This document shows, one piece after another, positions 28,116 to 38,657 of a stretch of DNA of 64,000 nucleotides. The DNA is taken from the NCBI GenBank assembly GCA_041690135.1, contig JAWLHY010000008.1:64001-128000 (forward strand), given 5' to 3'. The position numbers were made by a program, and so were the translations under genes. The notes beneath the pieces were generated by a model, which was not told where the DNA came from, did not search any database, and saw only the letters and a list, made by a program, of their open reading frames with translations. This DNA comes from Armatimonadota bacterium (GTDB taxonomy: Bacteria > Armatimonadota > SYMT01). Positions within the stretch are counted from its first letter, which is position 1; every line of letters starts with the position of its first letter.

Positions 28116-29438
28116 TTACGCGAGTTCCAGGCCCCGCATCGTGCCGGTGCTGCTGGCGAACCGGTCCGTCTCGAAGCCCAGGCGCTGGAGCATGGAGACG
28201 AAGAGGTTCGGCAGGGGATAATTCCGCTCCGGGTCGAAGACCAGGTGCTGTCCGTGACGGAAGCCGCCGCCCGCCAGCAGGACCGGCAGGTTGGTGGTTA
28301 CGTGGGTGTTGGCGTTGCCCATGTTGCTGCCGTAGAGCACCATCGTGCGGTCCAGGAGGGTCTCGCTTCCCTCGCGCACGGCGAGCAGATCGCTGAAGAG
28401 TTGGCCCAATTGCTTCATGTGCTCGCGGTCGATCGTCTCGAGTTGGGCTAGCTTCTTCTCCGACTTTCCATGGTGAGAGAGGCTGTGGTACCCGTCCGTG
28501 ATCTGAGCGCCATCCACCTGGATGACCGGCGAGTTGGCGCTGTCGAGCATCAGGGTCGCTACCCGGGTGGAATCGGTCTCGAAGGCCAGCCGGACAAGGT
28601 CGTACATCAGGCGAACCTTCTGCATGTATTCGGCGGGCGCGGTCGGGTCCGTGGGGATAGGCGTCTTGACCGTGGGTTTTGGCTTCCGCTCCCATTCCTT
28701 CGCGGCCCCGAGGCGCTTTTCCAGATCGCGGACCCCGGTGAAGTACTGCTCCAGCCGCTCCCGGTCGCGGGGTCCCAGGTCCTTCTGCAGGCTGCGCGCC
28801 TGTTCTCCCACGGCGTCCAGGATGCTCTGGCCGAGCGCCAGGCGCCGGAGTTGGGCCTCGACCTCCGCCTGGCTACCCTGGATGAAGAGGGCTTTGAATA
28901 CGTCGGACGGCCTTTCCTCGCAGGGGATAAGCGCTCCCGTGCCGGTCCAGGAGAGGCTGCGTTGGCCCTGGATGACGTTGATCCCCAGGGTGAGCGAGGG
29001 GAAGCGAGTGACGTGTCCAAGTTGCTCGGCGGCGTACTGGTCGAGCGAGATAGTGTTCCGGAACCCGCCGCTGGCGGGGTGAGGGGCCGCGGTGAGGAAA
29101 CAAACGTCGGAGGCATGGCTGCCGTCGACGTCCGGGTGCGAGACCCCCGAGAAGACGGTGAACTGGTTCCGGTGCTCGCGGAGTAGCTCCAGGTAAGGGG
29201 AGAGCGTGTAGCCCTTGCCGGCGCCCGTGGGGAAGAACTTCTCCGGCACGAGGCCCAGGTTGTTGCACACCGCCAGCATCCGGCGGGGTGGGGATCCGGC
29301 CGAGCCACGGGCGAAGGCCGGCCGCATCGCGTCCAGCCAGGGCAGAGCGAGGGTGACCCCGATCCCCTGCAGGATCCGGCGGCGGGAGAGCGCCCCGGAA
29401 GTGGCGAAGAAGGGTCGGGACAGGAAGCTCATTTCCAT
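28116..29438 (-). CDS. DUF1552 (HXXSHH) family protein
   Basis: Tat-like [54 protein letters not shown]-type tail. Confidence 0.9.
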   Translation of the reverse strand: MEMSFLSRPFFATSGALSRRRILQGIGVTLALPWLDAMRPAFARGSAGSPPRRMLAVCNNLGLVPEKFFPTGAGKGYTLSPYLELLREHRNQFTVFSGVSHPDVDGSHASDVCFLTAAPHPASGGFRNTISLDQYAAEQLGHVTRFPSLTLGINVIQGQRSLSWTGTGALIPCEERPSDVFKALFIQGSQAEVEAQLRRLALGQSILDAVGEQARSLQKDLGPRDRERLEQYFTGVRDLEKRLGAAKEWERKPKPTVKTPIPTDPTAPAEYMQKVRLMYDLVRLAFETDSTRVATLMLDSANSPVIQVDGAQITDGYHSLSHHGKSEKKLAQLETIDREHMKQLGQLFSDLLAVREGSETLLDRTMVLYGSNMGNANTHVTTNLPVLLAGGGFRHGQHLVFDPERNYPLPNLFVSMLQRLGFETDRFASSTGTMRGLELA

Positions 29439-32002
29439 CGGAACACCTCACTCTGCACGATACCGTGAATCAAGGAGCGGACTCCGTATCCATCCGCTTT
29501 CGCGCGGTCCAGGATGCGCTCGATCTCCGCGCGGTCTCCGAAGCGGACGGGCGCTCCCGTTCCGTAGGTCGCCAACTGCCGGACCAGGTTCCGCGCCAAC
29601 TGGCGTTCGTCGGCCACGAGCAGCCGCTTCAGTTCGCGGACGTCCCGGAAGGCTTCCCCTCCCGGCAGCACGCCGTTTGCCTCCACCGGCTGCGCGTAAT
29701 GGAAAGTGAACGGCTGGCCGTTCTTTCCAAAACCGGGCACGGGCTCACCGTCACCCACCGCGCGGTAATTCCGGCGCCAGCCGCCGAACACGTCGAAGTT
29801 CTCCAGCGCGAAGCCGGCCGGGTCGATCCTCGCGTGGCACCCGGCGCATTCCGGTACCGACCGGTGCTTATCCAGTTGCTCCCGGATGGTGGTGGCGCCG
29901 CGGATGTCCGGCTCGATCGCCGGAACGCTCGGGGGAGGGGGCGGTGGCGGCTTCCCAATGATCCGCTCCATCACCCAGGCGCCCCGGAGTACCGGCGAGG
30001 TGGTGGTGCCGTTGGCGGTCACCTTAAGGATACTCGCCTGTGTCAACAGCCCGCCGCGCGGGCTGTCCGGCGGGAGCGGGACCCGCCGCAGGGCGCCCCC
30101 TTCCACCGGCGGTAGGCCATAGTGTGTCGCGAGCCGCTCGTTCAGCATGGCGAAGTCGGAAGCCGCGAGGTAGCGGGCAGGGAGGTTGCGGCGCAGCAGT
30201 TCGGAGAAGAAGAGCTGCGTCTCTTCCACGGCAGACTCTTTGAGGAGGTCGTCCAGATAGTAGTCCGGGTAAAGGGCCGCATCCGGGGCGGTGGTGTCGA
30301 TCTTGCGCAGGTCGAGCCAGTAGTCCAGGAAAGCGTCCATGAACCGGCGCGAGCGCGTGTCCGCGAGCAGCCGTGTCGTCTGGGCCTGGAGCACCCGCGG
30401 CTGGGAGAGAAGTCCGTTTTCCGCGAGCTTCCGCAATTCGGCGTCCGGCGGGGAGTTCCAGAGGAAGTAGGCGAGGCGCTCGGACAGGGCGTAGCTGTCG
30501 AGGCGGCCGGGTTGCTCCTGTACCCAGAGGAAACCGGGCGAGCAGAGGATGGCGGTATAGCCGGCAAGCAGCGCCTCCGTGAAGTTGCTTCCGCCGGCCA
30601 GCGCCTGCCGAGAGACGCCCACGAACCGCTGCAGTTCCTCTTCCCGGGCCGGGCGGCGGTAAGCTCGCAGGAGGAAGGCCTGGAGCAGGCGTTCCAGGTC
30701 CGCGGTTGGGTTCGCGGAGACGATCTCCACGGAGCCGCCGGCCGCTTTTCGCAGGGGCAGGTCGCCCGCCAGGATGCGGGCACCGTCCGGTCCTTTCTCC
30801 GTGGGGAGAGGTCCTTCCACCTCGATCCAGCGGTACGCGACGCCGGGCATGCCCTCGCGCGTGGCCAGCGGGTTCCGCCAGTTCGGCGGTCGCGAGCGGA
30901 AGAGGCGGGCGGCGTCGGGCCAGATCACGTCGCCCGGGAGCAGGTGGACCTCCAACTCGTGGACCGCTGGCTCGGGGCTGACATCGAATGATCCGAGACG
31001 GCGCTGCACGCCCGGTTTCCGGGCGTAGAGGGTAACGGGTTCATTCCGTCGGCCGGGGTAGGTCTTCGTGCGATCCGGGATCCACCACTTCTCGCCCTCG
31101 CCCGGACCGGCCCAGAAGGAGTAGGCGCTGACGCGAAGGCGGTAGCGGCCCGGCGCCTCGCATTTGAACCGGTCGAACCGCAGTTCGTTGCCGGTGTAGG
31201 TGCCGCCGACCGTGCCAAAGGCCTCCTGTTCCCGGATGACTGGGTTGGAGGCACCGACGGTCACCGGCGCTTTCCCTTCCAGCACTTCCGGCTGGGCACG
31301 GGTGCCGAGCATGGGGAAGGTGGCGCGTTCGGCGCGGGTGTTCACCCCGGGGCGATAGGTCATCTTCCGGACCAGCACCGGTTGCTCGCGGGCGTAGAAG
31401 CGGCGGGTTTCCGGCCGGGCCTGGCCCGTTTCCAGTACCTGGCGTAGCGCCAGTTCGGCGGCGCCCAGGTAGCCGGCCACCTGCACGTGCGAGACGTCGA
31501 GCGCCTCGCCGGACTTGTTGAAGCGGTGCGCTTCCCCATCTTCCGGCAGCATCTCCTTCACGTGCAGCCAGGGGGCGTTCAGCAGGTCCCGCAGGGTGTT
31601 CTCGTACTCATACCGGTTCAGGCGGCGAAGGACCGCGCGCCCCTCTCGCCGCGCGCGCGCCCGGTCCGCCGCGGCCAGTGGGCCGGCAGTCGACTGCAGA
31701 AACCGGCGCACTGCCGCCGGCTTGGGTCGGCCAGCGTCCTTCGGCGGCATCTCGCCGTCGCGAATCCGGTCGTGGATCTTCACCCACGCCGCGAAGCTCG
31801 TGGGGTCGTCCGGGTCGAACCGCAGCGTGGTGAGGTCCAGCCCACCGCTGCGGGTGGCGCCAGCGTGGCACGCGAAGCAGTGCTCGCGCAGGAATGCCTG
31901 TGACGGACCCGGCGGTTCGGCGGCGACGGCAAGCGACGCTCCGATCCAGAGGCCGGCGAGTAAAACGACGGCGTGCCGTTGGTGAACGAACGGGCGAGAC
32001 AA
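29429..32002 (-). CDS. Planctomycete-type cytochrome c / DUF1592-DUF1588-DUF1585 domain protein
   Basis: CFACH and CAGCH heme motifs, [38 protein letters not shown]; upstream of DUF1552. Confidence 0.9.
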   Translation of the reverse strand: MSRPFVHQRHAVVLLAGLWIGASLAVAAEPPGPSQAFLREHCFACHAGATRSGGLDLTTLRFDPDDPTSFAAWVKIHDRIRDGEMPPKDAGRPKPAAVRRFLQSTAGPLAAADRARARREGRAVLRRLNRYEYENTLRDLLNAPWLHVKEMLPEDGEAHRFNKSGEALDVSHVQVAGYLGAAELALRQVLETGQARPETRRFYAREQPVLVRKMTYRPGVNTRAERATFPMLGTRAQPEVLEGKAPVTVGASNPVIREQEAFGTVGGTYTGNELRFDRFKCEAPGRYRLRVSAYSFWAGPGEGEKWWIPDRTKTYPGRRNEPVTLYARKPGVQRRLGSFDVSPEPAVHELEVHLLPGDVIWPDAARLFRSRPPNWRNPLATREGMPGVAYRWIEVEGPLPTEKGPDGARILAGDLPLRKAAGGSVEIVSANPTADLERLLQAFLLRAYRRPAREEELQRFVGVSRQALAGGSNFTEALLAGYTAILCSPGFLWVQEQPGRLDSYALSERLAYFLWNSPPDAELRKLAENGLLSQPRVLQAQTTRLLADTRSRRFMDAFLDYWLDLRKIDTTAPDAALYPDYYLDDLLKESAVEETQLFFSELLRRNLPARYLAASDFAMLNERLATHYGLPPVEGGALRRVPLPPDSPRGGLLTQASILKVTANGTTTSPVLRGAWVMERIIGKPPPPPPPSVPAIEPDIRGATTIREQLDKHRSVPECAGCHARIDPAGFALENFDVFGGWRRNYRAVGDGEPVPGFGKNGQPFTFHYAQPVEANGVLPGGEAFRDVRELKRLLVADERQLARNLVRQLATYGTGAPVRFGDRAEIERILDRAKADGYGVRSLIHGIVQSEVFRWK

Positions 32003-32213
32003 GCGATCCTCTCCGACTTCCCCTGCGACGGCCCCGCTGCCGGGACTCGTTCACGGAGTAGTTCGTGGGAAAGATCCCGGTTTTCCTGCCGGAACTCCCT
32101 CAACTGGAGCACGACCGGTTTCGGCAGTCGCAGGGCTCTGCCGCCCCTCCAGGGCTCTTTGTGCCGGCGTCACGTGCGCGGGTCTGCACTTCGCGGCACG
32201 CACTATCCGATGG

Positions 32214-33212
32214 CTATTTTTCGGCGGAGAGCAGGGAGTAGTAGCCGTAGGTCGGCGTCACTGTGACTTTGTGGAAGTCGGCAGCGCGGAGCATCTCGTC
32301 CAGTTCCGCGGCGCTGTACTGCTTGCCGCGGGTGTTCAGCACCATCGAGAGGGAGAAGGAAGCCGCGGGGAGGGGGCCCGACTTCGTATCCGCGAGCAGC
32401 ATTTCGTGGAGGTAGATCGTCCCGCCGGGCGGCAGCACCGCGTAAGCCTTGCAGGCGAGTTCGCGGCAGCGTTCCGGATCCCAATCGTGGAAGATGTTGC
32501 TGAAGAAGAGAGCGTCATAGCCGGTGGGCCAGGGGTCGCGGAACATATCGGCCGACAGGGTGTCGATGCGATCGGCCACCCCGGCGGCGGTGGCGTATTC
32601 GCGAGCCAGGTCGCACACCTCCGGCAGGTCCATCACGGTGCCATGCAGATCCGGGTACCGGTGGGCGAGCGCGATGCAGAAGCAGCCGGAACCGCCGCCC
32701 ACGTCCAGGAGCCTGCGCACGCCGGTGAAGTCCCCGTGTCGGGCTACCCCGGTGGCGGCGGGATAGGAATGGCTGTGCATCGCCCGGGTGAAAGCCCGGA
32801 CGCGCTCCGGGTCGACCTGCCCCCGCTCCCAGGCATCGGTGATCCTTTCCCGGTCGATGTCGGACTGCAGGGCTGCGCGGATCGCTTCGGTGGCCGGATG
32901 GGCGCGGAGGCGATGGAGCATGCCGCCCCAGTAGAAAGGGTTCTCCGGCAGCAGGTAGTTCCGCGAGAGGTCCGTGAGGTGGAAGCGGTCCAGGTGGTGG
33001 GACAAGAGCCCCAGCGAGGTCAGAATTCCCAACACCGCTTCGGTCCCACGCTTGGAGAACGCAAGGACCTCCGCAACCTCCTCCTGAGTCCGGGGCTCCC
33101 GGGCGAGGAAAGGAAAAAGGCCGACTTCATCCGCGAGGCAAAGCACGGGCGCGTGATGGAAGGAGAGCCAGAGGTCCCAAAGGGGGCGGTCGTCACAGGT
33201 GGGAGGCTGCAT
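32214..33212 (-). CDS. SAM-dependent O-methyltransferase (Methyltransf_2 with dimerisation domain)
   Basis: LLDVGGGSG, MDLPEV, ADMFRDPWP, SNIFHDW. Confidence 0.9.
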   Translation of the reverse strand: MQPPTCDDRPLWDLWLSFHHAPVLCLADEVGLFPFLAREPRTQEEVAEVLAFSKRGTEAVLGILTSLGLLSHHLDRFHLTDLSRNYLLPENPFYWGGMLHRLRAHPATEAIRAALQSDIDRERITDAWERGQVDPERVRAFTRAMHSHSYPAATGVARHGDFTGVRRLLDVGGGSGCFCIALAHRYPDLHGTVMDLPEVCDLAREYATAAGVADRIDTLSADMFRDPWPTGYDALFFSNIFHDWDPERCRELACKAYAVLPPGGTIYLHEMLLADTKSGPLPAASFSLSMVLNTRGKQYSAAELDEMLRAADFHKVTVTPTYGYYSLLSAEK

Positions 33213-33217
33213 GGGCG

Positions 33218-35923
33218 TTACGAGACTTCTCGGGGTCGGGAGCCGTTCAACAGTTCGTGGAGCAGTTTGAGGAGCGTTTCGGGGTCCACCGGCTTGGCCA
33301 GGTAGCGGTCGAACCCCGCCCTCCGGCCCCGATCGGCGTCTTCTGCCTGGGCATATCCGGAAATCGCGACCAGGCATGCCTCCGCAGTAGCGGCCTCCTG
33401 GCGCAGGGCCTTCGCGACCGAATACCCGTCCATTCCGGGCAGGCCGATATCACACAGTACGGCGTGCGGCGACCAGTCCCGGGCGATCTCGACTCCGCTG
33501 ACGCCATCCAGGGCCAACCGTATCTCGTAGCCCTCGTCGGACAGGAGCTCGCCCAGGGTCTCCGCCGCGTCCCGGTTATCTTCGATGATCAGAATGCGGC
33601 AGTCTGCGGCCACCGGGAGAGCAGGCTCCGGGAGCACCTGCGGCGGAGAGGGTCGAACCGATTCCACTCCGGTCGTCCGGGGGAGAGTGAAGGTGAATTC
33701 GGCGCCCTGGCCGGGGCCCGCACTGGCAGCGGACACTGTGCCACCATGCATTTCGACGACCCCTTTCACCAGGGCCAATCCCAGTCCCAGGCCACCACCG
33801 CTGCGCGCCATGTCCTGTTTCCCCTGGACAAAGCTGTCCCAGATGGTGGGAAGGATCTCCGGGGAGATACCGGCTCCGGTATCGGTCACGGTGATCACAG
33901 CCCGTTCCTCGTTCTCGACGCGATCGGTATGGAGGGCGACGGTGATCCGGCCGCCGGCTGGGGTAAACTTGCCGGCATTGCCGAGGAGGTTCCCCAGGGC
34001 CTGGCAAAGGCGCACGTGGTCGCCGTACACGCACACAGGCTCCGACGGCAGCTCCAACCGCACCGCGATCCCCCGGTGCTCCAGCTCTTCCTGGTAGTCT
34101 TCCACACAGCTCCGGGCCGACGCCGCAAGGTCCAGGATCTCCCGCTGGAGGGAGAGCTTTCCCCGGTTGATCCGGGATACGTCCAGGAGATCGGACACCA
34201 GCCGGGCCATGTGCTCCACCTGTCGCCGAATGACCTCCCGGTGGCGCTCGAGGACCGGGTCGGCGGAGCCGCGCGCGCGAAGGACCGCCACCGAGTTCAG
34301 TATGGGGCCCAGCGGGTTCCGGAGTTCGTGGGCCAACATCGCCAGGAACTCATCCTTCCGGCGCGAAGCCTCGCGAACGGCCTGTGCGGCCTGGACTTGT
34401 TCCGTAATGTCGCGCGTTACGACGAGGAGCGAGCTGGGTGAGGCGCCGGGGTCCGCACCGTTTGGGGACTCGTCGGTGAACTCCGGAATGAACCGGGACT
34501 CGAAGTGGCGCACCTCGCCCTCGGGAGACGTGAAAGGAAACTGGATGGTCCGCGGTCGCCCTTCCACGAACACGGCTTCCATTTCCGCATCCCAGTAATC
34601 ACACAGGTCCGGGGGCATTCCGAGATCCCGGTTCGTCTTCCCCAGATAGTCGACAGGCGTCAGTCCCGTAAATCGGGTAATCGAGGGGCATATGAACTGG
34701 TGACGAAGCTCCCGATCTACCCGCGAGACGATATCCGGCAAATTATCCACCAGTGTGGACAGGCGACGTTCGGAAAGGCGTAGACGCTCCTCCGACTGGC
34801 GGAGTGCTTCCTCCACCCGCTTGAGATCATCCACGTTAACCGCCGTGCCGAACCAGCGGACGATCGCGCCAGACGCATCCCGGATGGCTTGTCCCCGGAC
34901 CTTGAACCACTCGTACACTCCATCCCGGCGCCGCACCCGGTACTCCAGGTCATACTGCCCGCGCCCTTCCACGGCCGCCCGCCAGGCCGCGAAGGCGCGC
35001 TCTCGATCAGCGGGATGTACTACCTGGATCCATCCCTCCCCGAGATGGGCTTCCGCGGGGATGCCGGTGAACTCCACCCATTGTTCACTGACGTAATCGC
35101 ACGACCCGTCCGGCCGGTTGGTGAAGGTCATCCCAGGGATCGATTCCAGTGTCTGGCGGTAAAACGACTCGCTGCTCCGCAGCGCCTCTTCCATCCGCCG
35201 GCGCTCCGTGATGTCCGTGCCGGAGGGGATCAGATGAGTGATCCGTCCTTCCGCGTCGCGGAGAGGGGCTATCTGGAAATCGATCGTCATCCGGCTATCG
35301 CCGGCGACCCGGACGGTCGCGTCGTAGCGGACGGTCTCGCCTCGGGCCGCCCGCTCACATGCGTCGCGCACCCGGTCTCGGACCTCGTCGGCGTAATTCC
35401 ACCAGTAGCAGTCCCAAAACTTCTTCCCGCGGACTTCGTCCAGCGCTATCCCCGCAGCCCGCAGTGGGGCCTCGTTGGCGTCGATCAGGGCGCCATCTGG
35501 CTCCAGCATGCCCACAAAGGCGAACAGATTGTTCAGCACCCGCCGTAGGTGCTGCTCGGAGGCATGTGTTTGCCGCAGGCTTTCTTCGCTGCGTTGCCGC
35601 GCGCGATGCAGCAGGGAGATGACCCAACTGACGGCCAGGCCGACCGAAAAGAATAGGGAAAGGACCAGCCAATCGACGGGCTGACTCAGGCTCCACTGGG
35701 AGAAAGGGGGAAGGAAAAGGAAACTGCCCAGCAACGCTGCCAGGCCGCTGGCTACCGCTCCCGGTCCGAACCCACCATACCAGGCGGCCAGCATGATGGC
35801 CGGTAGGAGCAGCAAAAGTGGCGCTTCCGCTCCCAGGAGTGGCCAAAGAGCGGACCGGAGGACGACGAAGACCAGGGTGGTGAGAACGGCCACCCCGTAG
35901 CGCAGGAGCGGTGGATGGGTCAT
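33218..35923 (-). CDS. Hybrid histidine kinase: DUF4118 - 3xPAS - HisKA - HATPase - REC
   Basis: Four N-terminal TMs (AWYGGFGPG), PAS/PAC repeats, KDEFLAMLAHELRNPL, receiver CDIGLPGMDG. Confidence 0.92.
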   Translation of the reverse strand: MTHPPLLRYGVAVLTTLVFVVLRSALWPLLGAEAPLLLLLPAIMLAAWYGGFGPGAVASGLAALLGSFLFLPPFSQWSLSQPVDWLVLSLFFSVGLAVSWVISLLHRARQRSEESLRQTHASEQHLRRVLNNLFAFVGMLEPDGALIDANEAPLRAAGIALDEVRGKKFWDCYWWNYADEVRDRVRDACERAARGETVRYDATVRVAGDSRMTIDFQIAPLRDAEGRITHLIPSGTDITERRRMEEALRSSESFYRQTLESIPGMTFTNRPDGSCDYVSEQWVEFTGIPAEAHLGEGWIQVVHPADRERAFAAWRAAVEGRGQYDLEYRVRRRDGVYEWFKVRGQAIRDASGAIVRWFGTAVNVDDLKRVEEALRQSEERLRLSERRLSTLVDNLPDIVSRVDRELRHQFICPSITRFTGLTPVDYLGKTNRDLGMPPDLCDYWDAEMEAVFVEGRPRTIQFPFTSPEGEVRHFESRFIPEFTDESPNGADPGASPSSLLVVTRDITEQVQAAQAVREASRRKDEFLAMLAHELRNPLGPILNSVAVLRARGSADPVLERHREVIRRQVEHMARLVSDLLDVSRINRGKLSLQREILDLAASARSCVEDYQEELEHRGIAVRLELPSEPVCVYGDHVRLCQALGNLLGNAGKFTPAGGRITVALHTDRVENEERAVITVTDTGAGISPEILPTIWDSFVQGKQDMARSGGGLGLGLALVKGVVEMHGGTVSAASAGPGQGAEFTFTLPRTTGVESVRPSPPQVLPEPALPVAADCRILIIEDNRDAAETLGELLSDEGYEIRLALDGVSGVEIARDWSPHAVLCDIGLPGMDGYSVAKALRQEAATAEACLVAISGYAQAEDADRGRRAGFDRYLAKPVDPETLLKLLHELLNGSRPREVS

Positions 35924-38355
35924 GTCCCCGCCTTCGGGTAGTGAAGGGATTCTTTTAGGGTCCGCAGCAGTTCGGCGGGGTCCGTGGGTTTGGGCAGGTA
36001 ATGGTCGAAGCCGGCAGCGCGGCCACGCTCTCGGCTTTCCGGCTCCGCGTAACCCGTAAGAGCGATCAGGACGGCATCCGCCGTCCGGGGATCGGCCCGA
36101 AGCGACTCCGTCACCCGGTACCCGTCCATCTCCGGCAAGCCGATGTCGCAGAGCACCACATGGGGTGTCCAGGTGTGAGCCAGTCCTAACCCCTCGGGCC
36201 CGGAGAACGCCAGCCGCACTTCGTAACCGGTGAGCTGCAGCAGGTCCTGGAGAGACTCCGCGGCGTCGCGGTTGTCCTCAATGATCAGCACCCGGCAGGG
36301 TCGCTCACTGGGGAGCGTGGGGGTTTGAACGGGTTCGTGTGGGATGGAGAGCTTGGCCACGGGCAGCGTCCGCAGCGGCAACCGGAGGACGAACTGGGCG
36401 CCGGGGCTGGGAGCGGGACTGGAGGCGAATACGGTGCCTCCGTGCAGTTCTATGATGCCCCTGACGAGGCTTAGGCCCAGGCCGAGCCCTCCGGTGGTGC
36501 GGGCCAACTCCTGCTCGCCCTGCACGAAGCTCTCCCAGATCCTTGGTAGCAGGTCCGCGGGAATGCCCACTCCCGTATCACGGACGACGATCCGCACCTG
36601 ATCGGTGCGATCCTCCTCCCGGCACAGTTCCACTTCGACCCGACCGCCGGCCGGGGTGAACTTGCCTGCGTTACTGAGGAGGTTGGCGACGGCCTGGCAC
36701 AAGCGGACCGGATCTCCATCCAAAAGCAAAGGCTCCCGCGGGAGGCGGACCTCCAGGATGAGGCCCTTGCCCTCGAGTTCGTCGCGGTAATCCTCCACGC
36801 ACTGGCGCACGATCTCCACCAGATTGACCGGTTCCAGTTGCAGCGAGAGCTTACCCTGGTTGATCCGGGAAACGTCGAGCAAGTCGGAGACTAACCGGGC
36901 CATATGGCGGGCCTGGCGCTGGATGATGGCCTCCTGGCGCTTCAGGAGAGGGTCGTTCGGGCCGTGGGCCTCCAGGACGGCGGCCGCGGTAACGATGGGC
37001 GCGAGAGGGTTCCGCAGCTCGTGGGCCAGCATCGCCAGGAATTCATCTTTCCGTCGGTTGGCCTCCCGCAGCTCTTCCTCAACGGCGCGCTGCGAGGTGA
37101 CATCCGTGTTGGTGCCGAACCAGCGCGTGACCTTACCCGTTTCGTCGCGGATTGGAATGGCGCGGGAAAGGAACCAGCGGTACTCACCGCTTTTGCTCCG
37201 CAACGGGAAGGTATCTTCCCAGACCTCGCCCGTGTCCCAGGAGCGCTGGATGCGCTCCACCACACGAAGCAAATGATCCGGATGGTGCACCTTCTGCCAG
37301 CCCCAGCCCTGCATCTCTTCTAGCGTGGTGCCAGTGTACTCAAACCAACGCCGGTTGTACCAGAAGATCCACCCGGTCGAGTCGGCCATCCACGCGAGCT
37401 GCGCAATGTTATCGGCCAGGGTCCGGAACCGTTCTTCGCTCTCGGACAGGGCCAGTGCGGCACGTCGTTGCTCGGTAATGTCCTTGAAGACGAGGGCGAA
37501 CCGTCCCCGTGGCGCTACGGGGGTGGCGAATACGTCGAACCAACGCTCCATCGCCTCCGAGCCGCTAACGAACCGCAGCGTTTCGCCGTCGAGGGCCACG
37601 TGGGCGTAAGTATTCACCCACTTCGGCTCCAGGTCCGGGACCAGTTCGTAGGCCGTTCTGCCCGTGGCGTCCCTCAGCCCGGTCATCTCCTCAAAGAGCG
37701 GGTTGACCTCCAGAAACCGGTAGTCCACCGGCCGGCCCTGGGCATCCTGGATTATCTCCGCAAGGCAATATCCCTCATCGATGGAGGAAAACAGGGCCCG
37801 GAATCGCTCCTCTCGCTCCCGCTGCGCCTCCTCGGCTTGCTGGGTTCCGGTCAGGTCTACCATGTTGACGACGTGCAGGATGACCCGCTCCGTGCGGTCA
37901 CGGATGGGTACGACACCGTACTTGATGAAACGCCGCTCTCCGCTGACACGGCGAATCAGGAGCACGTCGAAGTCGCGGACGTACTCCCCGCGCATTGCGC
38001 GCGCCAGCGGCCAATCCTCGAGTGGCATCGCGCTCCCGTCCGGATAACACAGCTCGAAGTACGCCACATAACGGTCCAGGTGATCGAACATCTCGGCTTC
38101 AGAAGCGAACCCGTGGATCCGCAGTCCTTCTGCATTCAGTGAGAGGATCGTGCCCTGTGGGTCCGTCAGACCAATGCCGACGGGAATACTCTCGATGACG
38201 GCTCGCAGCTTCTCCTGTTCCAAGCGCAGTGCTTCTTGCGCTTCGCGGAGTTCCTGAAGTTCGGTCAGGAGCTCACGGCCACATTCCGGCCCTGTTACGT
38301 CCGCGTCCGGGTGCGCTTCAGCGTTTGGTTCGTGATGGGGACGGGACTCCGGCAT
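35920..38355 (-). CDS. Hybrid histidine kinase: 3xPAS - HisKA - HATPase - REC
   Basis: PAS repeats, KDEFLAMLAHELRNPL, NLLSNAGKFT, CDIGLPEMDG; ATGA overlap with the next gene. Confidence 0.92.
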   Translation of the reverse strand: MPESRPHHEPNAEAHPDADVTGPECGRELLTELQELREAQEALRLEQEKLRAVIESIPVGIGLTDPQGTILSLNAEGLRIHGFASEAEMFDHLDRYVAYFELCYPDGSAMPLEDWPLARAMRGEYVRDFDVLLIRRVSGERRFIKYGVVPIRDRTERVILHVVNMVDLTGTQQAEEAQREREERFRALFSSIDEGYCLAEIIQDAQGRPVDYRFLEVNPLFEEMTGLRDATGRTAYELVPDLEPKWVNTYAHVALDGETLRFVSGSEAMERWFDVFATPVAPRGRFALVFKDITEQRRAALALSESEERFRTLADNIAQLAWMADSTGWIFWYNRRWFEYTGTTLEEMQGWGWQKVHHPDHLLRVVERIQRSWDTGEVWEDTFPLRSKSGEYRWFLSRAIPIRDETGKVTRWFGTNTDVTSQRAVEEELREANRRKDEFLAMLAHELRNPLAPIVTAAAVLEAHGPNDPLLKRQEAIIQRQARHMARLVSDLLDVSRINQGKLSLQLEPVNLVEIVRQCVEDYRDELEGKGLILEVRLPREPLLLDGDPVRLCQAVANLLSNAGKFTPAGGRVEVELCREEDRTDQVRIVVRDTGVGIPADLLPRIWESFVQGEQELARTTGGLGLGLSLVRGIIELHGGTVFASSPAPSPGAQFVLRLPLRTLPVAKLSIPHEPVQTPTLPSERPCRVLIIEDNRDAAESLQDLLQLTGYEVRLAFSGPEGLGLAHTWTPHVVLCDIGLPEMDGYRVTESLRADPRTADAVLIALTGYAEPESRERGRAAGFDHYLPKPTDPAELLRTLKESLHYPKAGT

Positions 38356-38657
38356 TCATGAACTCCAGATCGCTTCGGCACAGGCGTCGCTGCCGATCCG
38401 CTACGAAGCTAAGATAGTTTACGGCATGATCGGGAAGGGCGGATCGTCCTTCGAAACGTTGGTGAACGGGTTCGTCGGCCGCACCTTTTCGGATACTCCT
38501 GGATGGGAGCAGTGCCCCGGTAACTTGAGCGCGCCTTCCCTGAACGCATCCATTCATAGAGAGGAGTCCTGCCGGATCAGGCACAACAAGCAGGAGCGGA
38601 GTGGCGAACGGCGAGCCGGTGAGCGGAGATCTCGCCGCGATGTAAGGAGAGCAGGGG

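Noticed and set aside
28116-32002. DUF1592/DUF1552 pair as a novel system
   Set aside because: A well-known recurrent pair in Planctomycetota and other phyla; nothing unusual here beyond its unknown function.
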